From an uncultured Acidobacteriota bacterium (GTDB lineage Bacteria > Acidobacteriota > Thermoanaerobaculia > UBA5066): a stretch of 64,000 bases of DNA. The stretch is from positions 768,001-832,000 of the forward strand of contig CAVZYA010000001.1 of the NCBI GenBank assembly GCA_963779415.1. The letters run 5' to 3'. The position numbers were made by a program, and so were the translations under genes. This document shows positions 10,995 to 19,555 of the stretch, one piece after another (positions within the stretch are counted from its first letter, which is position 1; each line of letters begins with the position of its first letter). Under the pieces are notes generated by a model that saw only the letters and a list, made by a program, of their open reading frames with translations, ran no database searches and was not told the DNA's origin.

Positions 10995-11965
10995 GCGGCA
11001 CCTCCCTCACCGCCGGAGGCGGGAGGCGTCGGTCCGGCGGCTCCGGGCGGCGCGCCGCCCCCTTCGGCCTTCCGGTTGTTCATCCACATGATGCCGGCGA
11101 GCAGGCCGTAGAGGGCGATCGGGATCGCCCCGAACCTGAAGATCCCGTGCTGGATCGCCTCGGTCCGGAGGGCCGGCGCCTCCGTCGTCAGCTTCAGGAG
11201 GCCGATCTCCTCGGGCGGGCGGCCGGTCAGGTAGATCCAGGAAGTGCCGCCCACCTCGTGCTCTCCGTAGACGTGCGGGACGTACCGGTCGGGGCGCTTC
11301 TCGAGTCGGTCCTTCGCCATCGCCATGAGCTCGACCCGCGTCCCGAAGACGAGCGCCTCCGTGGGACAGGAGGCGGCGCAGGCCGGGTTCGCCCCGGTCC
11401 CCTTGGCGCGGTCGGTGCAGAACTCGCACTTGCGCACCTTCGGGGTGAGCGCGACGCCGAACTGGTAGGCGGGGACCTCGAACGGGCAGGCGATCTGGCA
11501 GTAGCGGCAGCCGACGCAGATCGTCGGGTCGTAGACGACGGCTCCGTCCTTCGACTTCGTCAGGGCGCCGACGATGCAAGCCGAGACGCACGACGGGATC
11601 AGGCAGTGCATGCACTGGACCTTGCAGTTGGTCTCGGCGCTCGCGGCCTGGTCGGGCGACGGGCTCCCGGGGAACCTGTTCACGACCGTGAAGGCGTTCT
11701 CCGTCGGGCGCCGGAACGTCCGGAGCCCGTCCCGGTTCTCGAAGGAGTCGGCGGTCCGGGGGAGGTGGTTCCGCCGGTTGCAGGCCTCCTCGCACTTGCG
11801 GCACCCGATGCAGAGGGTCGTGTCGACGAGGACGGCCGCGTAGTCCGGGGCGGGTTCGGCCTTCCCCCTGGCGTCCTTCTCCTCCGGGGCGGCCAGCGCC
11901 GCCGTAGCGGCCACGGTCGAGGTCGTCAGCCCGAGGTTCAGCAGGGCCCGTCGGCTCAATGTCAT
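10991..11965 (-). CDS. Tat-exported 4Fe-4S protein, HybA/HmcB-like
   Basis: Tat motif 'SRRALL'; 'CIGCRKCEEAC', 'CMHCLIPSCVSAC', 'CVGCRYCQIACP', 'KCEFC..PACAASCP'; C-terminal TM anchor. Confidence 0.9.
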   Translation of the reverse strand: MTLSRRALLNLGLTTSTVAATAALAAPEEKDARGKAEPAPDYAAVLVDTTLCIGCRKCEEACNRRNHLPRTADSFENRDGLRTFRRPTENAFTVVNRFPGSPSPDQAASAETNCKVQCMHCLIPSCVSACIVGALTKSKDGAVVYDPTICVGCRYCQIACPFEVPAYQFGVALTPKVRKCEFCTDRAKGTGANPACAASCPTEALVFGTRVELMAMAKDRLEKRPDRYVPHVYGEHEVGGTSWIYLTGRPPEEIGLLKLTTEAPALRTEAIQHGIFRFGAIPIALYGLLAGIMWMNNRKAEGGGAPPGAAGPTPPASGGEGGAA

Positions 11966-12185
11966 CGATCTCTCACTTCAGGCTCGTCGCGAGGGGAGCG
12001 GCCGGAGGGGACGACGCGCGCCCACCTTCCGGGATCCGGGTACTCTCCGCCCATCTCACACCTCGCCAATCCCGGAACCGACTCTAGGTTCGTGGTCTGC
12101 GGCGCGCCATGAGCCAAACGCCTCAACTCGCCCGGCGGCGGGCGGGATTACGCGCGGGGGGCCGTCGGGAAGATCTGGAAGGCCG

Positions 12186-13046
12186 TTACTTCTTCGCCTT
12201 CCACTCCGCCAGGGCCTTCTCGAAGGCCTCCAGGTTCGGCTTGTCGGGAGAGGCCTTTCCGAGGGCCACGGCCTCCTCGCCGGCCTTGATCGCCTCGGCG
12301 GTCTTCCCTTCCGCCGCGAGCATCCGGGCCATCTGGGCCGTGTTCGCGTAGCCCTTCTTCGCGGCCACGGAGCGCTCGACGTCCTTCATCGCCTCACCCG
12401 GGTCGCCGAGCTTCTCGCTCGCGAAATACCGCCCCACCGCGAGCGGCGTCTCCCAGTCGTCCGCCTTCGCCCCGGCGACCGCCGCGCGCCCCTTCGAGAG
12501 GACCAACGCTTTGGTGTCGACCTTGAAGTGCACCGGGACCCGCAACTTGTCCCAGATCAGGGAGAGGTCCGCCCCGTCGTTCGAGACGTTCCGGAAGACG
12601 ATCGTGAAGGTCTCCACCGATTCCGGGAAGGCCACCGGCTTGACGGCGACGCGGAGGGCGTCCTTCTTCTCGTCGTACTCGGTCTTGTACCAGAGGTCGA
12701 GGTCCTTGTTGAAGGCGACCGTCCACGACTCCTTGCCGGGGATCGTGACGATGCTGTAGGTACCGGCCGCGAGCTTTTTCCCCTCGACCTCGATGTCGTC
12801 CGGGAAGGAGAGCGTCGTGGCGCGGTTCGCGCCCGTTCGCCACGGCTTGTCGTACGGGACGAGGCCGCCCCAGATCACCCGCCCCTTCACGCCGGGACGG
12901 CTGTAGGAGACGCTGAATTCCGTGACGCCGATTCTCTGCGTCACCGTGGCCTTCGGGCTCGGCATCGGGGCCTCGAACTGGGCGGCGAGGGGCGCCGCGG
13001 AGAGAGCGAGGGCCAGTGCCGCGGAGAGGAGAGCCGGTTTCTTCAT
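12186..13046 (-). CDS. DUF2911 domain secreted protein with TPR-like C-terminus
   Basis: Signal peptide; 'SPKATVTQRIG..YSRPGVKGRVIWGGLVPYDKPWRTGAN'. Confidence 0.85.
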   Translation of the reverse strand: MKKPALLSAALALALSAAPLAAQFEAPMPSPKATVTQRIGVTEFSVSYSRPGVKGRVIWGGLVPYDKPWRTGANRATTLSFPDDIEVEGKKLAAGTYSIVTIPGKESWTVAFNKDLDLWYKTEYDEKKDALRVAVKPVAFPESVETFTIVFRNVSNDGADLSLIWDKLRVPVHFKVDTKALVLSKGRAAVAGAKADDWETPLAVGRYFASEKLGDPGEAMKDVERSVAAKKGYANTAQMARMLAAEGKTAEAIKAGEEAVALGKASPDKPNLEAFEKALAEWKAKK

Positions 13047-13166
13047 CGAATCGCTCCTTTCATCTTTCGGGAGTGGGGAGGCTATCGCAGAACCGGCCGG
13101 GACGCCTCCGCCGAACTCACGTAAGATCCCATTACGGAACTGACCAGTCCGTTCCATTATTCAGAG

Positions 13167-13754
13167 ATGTCCCGAAGCCGAACGGAAAAGAAAAGGACGG
13201 AGATCCTGAAGGCCGCCTCGGACGTCTTCGCCCGGAAGGCCTTTCACGAGGTCCGGACGGACGAGATCGCCGAGGAAGCCGGCGTCGGGAAGGGGACCCT
13301 CTACCGGTACTTCCCGACGAAGGACGACCTCTACTACGCTTCGGTCCTCTCCGGATTCGACGAGCTGGACCAGGTCCTCGAGAGTCTCCGGAACCGGGCC
13401 GACTCGCCGGCCGAGACGGTGGAGCGGCTCGCCCGCGAGGTTCTCCGGATCTTCTGGTCCCGCCCCTCGTTCTCCATGGTGCTGCACAGCCATGCGCGAC
13501 GCTTCCGGGTCCGGGAGCGGGAGATGCACCGCCGGCGCGAGGGCCTCGTCCGGTTTGTGCGGGAGACGGTGGCTCGCGGCGCTTCGCGGGGCGACTTCCG
13601 GCCGGTGGATCCCCGAATCGCCGCCGAAATGTTCCTCGGCATGGTCCGGGGCGCGATCATCCACCGGAGTGCCGCGGACACCCCCGCCGCGCTCGTGAAG
13701 ACCCTCACCGGAACCTTCGTCAACGGAATTTCCCGGAGGAAGGAGGCCTCATGA
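13167..13754 (+). CDS. TetR/AcrR family regulator
   Basis: HTH 'IAEEAGVGKGTLYRYFPTKDDL'. Confidence 0.93.
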   Translation: MSRSRTEKKRTEILKAASDVFARKAFHEVRTDEIAEEAGVGKGTLYRYFPTKDDLYYASVLSGFDELDQVLESLRNRADSPAETVERLAREVLRIFWSRPSFSMVLHSHARRFRVREREMHRRREGLVRFVRETVARGASRGDFRPVDPRIAAEMFLGMVRGAIIHRSAADTPAALVKTLTGTFVNGISRRKEAS

Positions 13755-15193
13755 GGCCGCGTCCCCTGCTTCTCGCCGCTCTCTCCGCTCTGGCCGCTCT
13801 GGTGACGGGATGCGTGGAGAGCCGTCCGGGAGCCTTCGTGGACGCCTCGACGCCGCCGGCCCCCGAGAAGCAGAGCGCCGCGCCGATGCCGCCGGCGCCC
13901 CCCCAGACGGCGCCCCTGCTTCCGCCGGGCCTGGCCGAGGGCGGGAACCTTCCAAAGACGATCACTCCGGTCGAGGCCGTCGGCCTCGCCCTCAGGAACA
14001 ACCCCGCCACGAGGCAGTCCTGGTTCCAGGCACGGGCCGCCGCCGCGGAGGTCGGGAGCAAGCGGGCGGAGTACTACCCGAGCGTGGAGCTTGACGGTTC
14101 CTGGATCCGGCAGAAGGGGGCGTTCCTGAACGGGCAGACCGTCTACTACCAGACGACGTACGGCCCCACCGCCCTCTTGAACTGGCTCCTCTTCGACTTC
14201 GGGGGACGCGCCGCGGACGTGGCGGAGGCCCAGGCGCTCCTCGCGGAGGCGAATGCGGCACACGACGCCGTCCTGAACGACGTCATCCTTCAGGTGCTGC
14301 AGGCGTACTACGGTTACGAGGGAGCCAAGTCGCTCCTCTCGGCGCAGGAGGCCAGCCTGAAGCAGGCCGAGGAGAACCTTCGCGCGGCGGAGGAACGGCA
14401 TCGGGCCGGAGTCGCGACGATCGCCGACGTCCTTCAGGCGCGGACGACCGCGTCGCAGCAGCGCCTCGCCTACGACACCGTGCAGGGCCAGATCGCCGTG
14501 ATCCGCGGCGCGCTCGCCACGTCGCTCGGCGTCCCGGCCAACACGCCGATCGAGGCCGGCGAGCTGCCGGAGAACCTCGACCTCGACCGTGTCACGAAGA
14601 CGGTCGACGATCTGATCGCCCAGGCGGAGAAGCAGCGCCCGGACCTCGCCGCCGCGCGCTCGGCGGCGATCGCGGCGGAGCGTCACGTCGCCTCCCTCCG
14701 ATCGAACCTCTATCCGACCCTCGGCGGCGCGGCGAGCGGAGGCCGAACCTACTTCGGCGGCGCGGGGGCCGGTGCCTCCACGGACATCTACACCGTCGGC
14801 GTCCTCCTCCGGATTCCGGTTTTCACCGGGTTCCAGAGTCAATACGATCTCCGGAAGGCCGAAGAGGAGCGGGGGGCCGCGGACGCCGGTGCGCTGAGCG
14901 TCGAGCAGCTCGTGATCCAGCAGGTCTGGGCCAGCTACTACAGCGTGAAGACGGCGGCGCAGCGGACCCGGACGGCCCGGGACCTCCTCGCGAGCGCGCG
15001 CGAGTCGGCGGACGTCACGCGCGGGCGTTACACCGCCGGCGTCGGAAGCATCCTCGACCTCCTGACCGCCGAGAGCGCCCTCGCCTCGGCCCGCGCACAG
15101 GAGGTCGGAGCCCGCGCCGAGTTCCTCTTCGCGCTCGCCCAGCTCGCCCATGACGTCGGCTCGATAGAGCCGGTCGTAAAGGAAGCTCCATGA
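13751..15193 (+). CDS. TolC-family outer membrane efflux lipoprotein
   Basis: Lipobox LVTGC; OEP repeats 'RHRAGVATIADVLQA' and 'RYTAGVGSILDLLTA'; ATG overlaps the TetR stop. Confidence 0.9.
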   Translation: MRPRPLLLAALSALAALVTGCVESRPGAFVDASTPPAPEKQSAAPMPPAPPQTAPLLPPGLAEGGNLPKTITPVEAVGLALRNNPATRQSWFQARAAAAEVGSKRAEYYPSVELDGSWIRQKGAFLNGQTVYYQTTYGPTALLNWLLFDFGGRAADVAEAQALLAEANAAHDAVLNDVILQVLQAYYGYEGAKSLLSAQEASLKQAEENLRAAEERHRAGVATIADVLQARTTASQQRLAYDTVQGQIAVIRGALATSLGVPANTPIEAGELPENLDLDRVTKTVDDLIAQAEKQRPDLAAARSAAIAAERHVASLRSNLYPTLGGAASGGRTYFGGAGAGASTDIYTVGVLLRIPVFTGFQSQYDLRKAEEERGAADAGALSVEQLVIQQVWASYYSVKTAAQRTRTARDLLASARESADVTRGRYTAGVGSILDLLTAESALASARAQEVGARAEFLFALAQLAHDVGSIEPVVKEAP

Positions 15194-16323
15194 GAACAAG
15201 CCGTCTGGCCGTCTCGCTCCTCCCGATCGCCTTCCTCGCCGGCTGCGGCGGAAAGAAGGCCGGCGGCCCGCCGCCCTCCGTCCCGGTGCGTGTCGGCGAC
15301 GTCAAGCGCCTCGCGGTCCCGTTCAACATCTCGGCCATCGGGCACGTCGAGCCCTATTCCACCGTCGCCGTGAAGCCACGCGTCGGCGGCGAGATCACCC
15401 AGGTCGGCTTCCGGGAGGGAGACGACGTGGCGGCCGGTGCGCTCCTCTTCGTCATCGATCCGAGGCCGTTCCAGGCGGCTCTCGACGAGTCGAAAGCGAA
15501 CCTCGCCCGCGACCGCGCGCGCCTGACGGAAGCCGAGCAGACGCTCAAGCGCTATCAGGACCTGATCAAGAAGGAATACATCACGCAGGAGCAGTTCGAC
15601 CAGGCCCGGGCAAACGACGAGGCCCTTCGCGCGACGACGCAGGCCGACGAGGCGGCGATCGAGACCGCCCGTCTCAACCTCGACTACTGCCGGATCACGG
15701 CTCCCGTTCCCGGCCGCACCGGAAGCCTCCTCGTCCATGCCGGGAACGTCGTCAAGGCCAACGACGACAAGCCCCTCGTCGTCATCAACCAGGTCGAGCC
15801 CGTCTACGTCTCCTTCGCGATCCCCGAGGGTAACTTCGGCGAGGTGAAGCAGCGCGCGGCCGGGGCCCATCTGCAGGTCGTCGCCACGCCGCAGGGGAGC
15901 AAGACCGAGACCGGCGAGCTGACGTTCCTCGACAACGCGGTGGACGCCACGACGGGGACGATCACGCTGAAGGCGTCGTTCCCGAATCGCGACCGCGCCC
16001 TCTGGCCCGGCCAGTACGTGAACACCTCCCTCACGCTGAAGGTCGACGAGGACGCCGTCGTCGCGCCCGTCGACGCCATCCAGACCGGGCAGACCGGAAC
16101 GTATGTCTACCTCGTCAAGCCCGACCAGACCGTCGAGATCCGGAACGTCGCCGTCCACCGGAACTGGCGCTCCTGGGCCCTGATCACGTCGGGCCTCGCC
16201 CCGGGCGACCGCGTCGTGACGGACGGCCAGCTCCGGCTCTCGCCGGGCGCCCGGATCACGGAGAAGACCGACGCGACGCCGGTCCCCACGGCCGCGCCGA
16301 AGAGCGCCGAGGCCGCCCGATGA
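15190..16323 (+). CDS. RND efflux periplasmic adaptor (MFP, MdtA-like)
   Basis: Lipobox; 'LFVIDPRPFQAAL', 'ITAPVPGRTG', 'DNAVDATTGT'. Confidence 0.92.
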   Translation: MRTSRLAVSLLPIAFLAGCGGKKAGGPPPSVPVRVGDVKRLAVPFNISAIGHVEPYSTVAVKPRVGGEITQVGFREGDDVAAGALLFVIDPRPFQAALDESKANLARDRARLTEAEQTLKRYQDLIKKEYITQEQFDQARANDEALRATTQADEAAIETARLNLDYCRITAPVPGRTGSLLVHAGNVVKANDDKPLVVINQVEPVYVSFAIPEGNFGEVKQRAAGAHLQVVATPQGSKTETGELTFLDNAVDATTGTITLKASFPNRDRALWPGQYVNTSLTLKVDEDAVVAPVDAIQTGQTGTYVYLVKPDQTVEIRNVAVHRNWRSWALITSGLAPGDRVVTDGQLRLSPGARITEKTDATPVPTAAPKSAEAAR

Positions 16324-19300
16324 ACATTTCCGCGCTCTTCATCCGTCGCCCCGTCGCCACGACCCTCGTCATGCTGGCGATTCTCTTCTTCGGAATCGTC
16401 GGCTACCGGCTTCTTCCCGTCTCCGACCTTCCCAACGTGGATTTCCCCACGATCCAGGTCACCGCCGGACTCCCCGGCGCGAGCCCGGAGACGATCGCCT
16501 CGGCGATCGCCACGCCCCTCGAGCGGCAGTTCACGACGATCGCGGGCCTCGACAACATGAACTCCACGAGCGTTCTGGGGGTGACGCAGATCACCCTTCA
16601 GTTCAACCTGAGCCGCAGCCTCGACGGGGCCGCCCAGGACGTGCAGGCGGCCATCGGCGCGGCGTCGCGACAGCTCCCGCCGGGAATGCCCAGCCCCCCC
16701 ACCTACCAGAAGGTGAATCCCGCGGACCAGCCAATCCTCTACCTGGCCCTCACCTCGCCCACGCTCCCCCTTTCGACGACCGACGAGTACGCCGAGACGA
16801 TGATCGCGGAGAAGATCTCCACGGTCTCCGGCGTCGCGCAGGTCCAGGTCTTCGGCGCCCAGAAGTTCGCCGTCCGCGTCCAGCTCGACCCGCGAGCCCT
16901 CGCCTCGCGCGGCATCGGAATCGACGAGGCCTCGGCGGCCGTGGCGGCCGCGAACGTGAACATCCCGACCGGGACCCTCTGGGGGCCCACGACGGCCTAC
17001 ACGGTCCTGGCCACCGGCCAGCTCACGGAGGCGGCCGGCTTCGGCCCCCTCATCGTGGCGTACCGGAACGGCTCGCCCGTCCGCGTCCGGGACATCGGAC
17101 GGGCGATCGACAGCGTCGAGAACGACAAGACGGCCGCCTGGTACGTCGACAAGGAAGGCTCCACCCGCGGAGTCGTCCTCGCGATCCAGAAGCAGCCGGG
17201 CGAGAACACCGTGGAGGTCGCCTCGAACATCCGGAAGCTGATCCCCTCCTTCGAGGCGCTCCTTCCCGGATCGGCGAGGCTGAGCATCCTCTTCGACCGG
17301 TCGGAGTCGATCCGCGACTCCGTCTCCGACGTGAAGTTCACGCTCTGGCTGACCCTCGCCCTCGTCGTCATGGTCATCTTCCTCTTTCTCCGGAACCTCT
17401 CGGCCACCGTCATCCCGTCCCTGGCGCTGCCTCTCTCCATCGCCGGGACTTTCGCCGCGATGTACGCCCTCGGCTACAGCATGGACAACCTGTCGCTGAT
17501 GGCGCTGACCCTCTCGGTCGGGTTCGTCGTGGACGACGCCATCGTCGTCCTCGAGAACATCGTCCGGCACATCGAGATGGGCGAAGAGCCTTTCCAGGCC
17601 GCCCTGAACGGCACGAAGGAGATCGGCTTCACGATCGTCTCGATGACACTCTCGCTGACGGCCGTCTTCATCCCTCTTCTCTTCATGGGAGGGATCATCG
17701 GCCGGCTTTTCCGGGAGTTCGCCGTCACGATCACGGTGGCGGTCCTCGTCTCCGGCTTCGTCTCCCTGACGCTCACGCCGATGCTCTGCGCCCGCTATCT
17801 CAAGCCACACGGCGAGCGTGGGCGGGGCCGGTTCTACGAGGCGTCCGAAGGCGTCTTCAACGCCGCGCTCGGTTTCTACCAGCGGGGCCTGAGGTGGGCT
17901 CTTTCGAGAAAGCGCCTCATGATGGCCTTTTCGGCAGCCGTTCTCCTCGCCACGATCTTCCTCTTCCGCATCGTCCCGAAGGGCTTCATCCCGAGCACCG
18001 ACACGGGCCAGGTCTTCTCGCCGACCGAAGCCGCGCAGGGGATCTCCTTCGAGGCGATGGTGGAGCACCAGAAGGCCGCGGCCGCGATCGTCCAGGCCGA
18101 CCCGAACGTGGACGGCTTCATGTCGAGCTGCGGCACCCGGGGCAACATGGCCCAGGGCGGCAACACGGGGATGATCTTCATGCGCCTGAAGCCGCGCAGA
18201 GAGCGGAAGCTCGGGGTCGACCAGATCGTCCAGGAGCTGCGCGTCAAGTTCGCGCAGATCCCCGGCCTCCGGGTCTATCCGCAGAACCTGCCGCCGATCC
18301 GGCTCGGCGGGGTCCTCACCCGCGCCCAGTACCAGTTCACCCTCCAGGCTCCCGACACGAAGGATCTCTACGTGTCGGCGCCGCTCCTCGAGCAGAAGAT
18401 GCGCGGGATTCCCGGCCTGCAGGACGTCAACAGCGACCTCCAGCTCCGCAACCCGACGGCCTACCTGACGATCGAGCGGGACCGCGCGTCTGCGCTCGGA
18501 GTGACCCCCGACGCGATCGAGAACGCCCTCTATACGGCCTACGGCTCCCGCCAGATCTCCACGATCTACACGCCGAACAACGAGTACCAGGTCATCATGG
18601 AGCTGCTTCCGCAGTTCCAGCGCGACCCGTCGGCCTTCCAGCTCCTCTACATCCGCTCGACGAAGGGCGATCTCGTGCCGCTCTCGGCCGTCACGAAGTT
18701 CGAGCGGACGGTCGGGCCGCTCGCGGTCAACCATGCCGGCCAGCTTCCCGCCGTGACGATCTCCTTCAACCTCGCCCCGGGTGTCTCGCTCGGCGAGGCG
18801 GTCGGGGCCATCACCAGGATCGCGCGCGAAATGCTCCCCGCGACGATCCAGACGAGCTTCCAGGGGACGGCGCAGGCTTTCGAGGCCTCGCAGAAGGGAC
18901 TGGGCCTTCTCCTCCTCGTCGCGATCCTCGTCATCTACATGGTGCTCGGGATCCTCTACGAGAACTTCCTCCACCCGCTGACGATCCTGTCGGCGCTCCC
19001 CTTCGCCGGCTTCGGCGCCCTCCTGACGCTCCTCATCTTCAAGACGGAGCTCTCCATCTACGCCTTCGTCGGGGTCATCCTTCTCGTGGGCCTCGTCAAG
19101 AAGAACGGCATCATGATGGTGGACTTCGCGGTCGAGGGGCGGCGGGCCGGGAAGAGCCCCGAGGAGGCCATCTTCGAAGCCTGCGTCGTCCGCTTCCGGC
19201 CCATCATGATGACGACGATGTCGGCGCTCATGGGAACGCTTCCCATCGCCCTCGGCTTCGGCGCGGGGGCCGAGTCGCGCCGGCCCCTCGGCCTCGCGGT

Positions 19301-19463
19301 CGTCGGCGGCCTCCTCTTCTCGCAGATGATCACCCTTTACGTCACGCCGGTCTTCTACGTCTACATGGAGGCGCTTCGCGAGCGCCTCGACCGGCGCAAG
19401 GGGAGGAAGGCCGAGACACTGGCACCCGTCGAGCCGATCGCGGCGAGAGGCGCCGGGCACTGA
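16320..19463 (+). CDS. RND efflux permease (MdtB/MdtC-like)
   Basis: 1047 aa; 'FIRRPVAT', 'VGFVVDDAIVVLENI', 'GLVKKNGIMMVDF', 'RFRPIMMTT'. Confidence 0.95.
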   Translation: MNISALFIRRPVATTLVMLAILFFGIVGYRLLPVSDLPNVDFPTIQVTAGLPGASPETIASAIATPLERQFTTIAGLDNMNSTSVLGVTQITLQFNLSRSLDGAAQDVQAAIGAASRQLPPGMPSPPTYQKVNPADQPILYLALTSPTLPLSTTDEYAETMIAEKISTVSGVAQVQVFGAQKFAVRVQLDPRALASRGIGIDEASAAVAAANVNIPTGTLWGPTTAYTVLATGQLTEAAGFGPLIVAYRNGSPVRVRDIGRAIDSVENDKTAAWYVDKEGSTRGVVLAIQKQPGENTVEVASNIRKLIPSFEALLPGSARLSILFDRSESIRDSVSDVKFTLWLTLALVVMVIFLFLRNLSATVIPSLALPLSIAGTFAAMYALGYSMDNLSLMALTLSVGFVVDDAIVVLENIVRHIEMGEEPFQAALNGTKEIGFTIVSMTLSLTAVFIPLLFMGGIIGRLFREFAVTITVAVLVSGFVSLTLTPMLCARYLKPHGERGRGRFYEASEGVFNAALGFYQRGLRWALSRKRLMMAFSAAVLLATIFLFRIVPKGFIPSTDTGQVFSPTEAAQGISFEAMVEHQKAAAAIVQADPNVDGFMSSCGTRGNMAQGGNTGMIFMRLKPRRERKLGVDQIVQELRVKFAQIPGLRVYPQNLPPIRLGGVLTRAQYQFTLQAPDTKDLYVSAPLLEQKMRGIPGLQDVNSDLQLRNPTAYLTIERDRASALGVTPDAIENALYTAYGSRQISTIYTPNNEYQVIMELLPQFQRDPSAFQLLYIRSTKGDLVPLSAVTKFERTVGPLAVNHAGQLPAVTISFNLAPGVSLGEAVGAITRIAREMLPATIQTSFQGTAQAFEASQKGLGLLLLVAILVIYMVLGILYENFLHPLTILSALPFAGFGALLTLLIFKTELSIYAFVGVILLVGLVKKNGIMMVDFAVEGRRAGKSPEEAIFEACVVRFRPIMMTTMSALMGTLPIALGFGAGAESRRPLGLAVVGGLLFSQMITLYVTPVFYVYMEALRERLDRRKGRKAETLAPVEPIAARGAGH

Positions 19464-19555
19464 CACGCCGGCCGCATCCGGTCTGCCCGACCTCACATGG
19501 TGGTTGAACGAGGTCTGACCCCCGGGACTCGACGAAAGCCGTCTGCCGGCCGGCC

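Noticed and set aside
16107-19496. Very long antisense or alternate-frame ORFs (e.g. 16107..19496 -, 25343..28186 -, 31725..34781 -, 45702..48422 +, 50623..53055 +)
   Set aside because: Shadow ORFs of real genes, expected at this high GC; Arg/Pro/Gly-rich with no motifs
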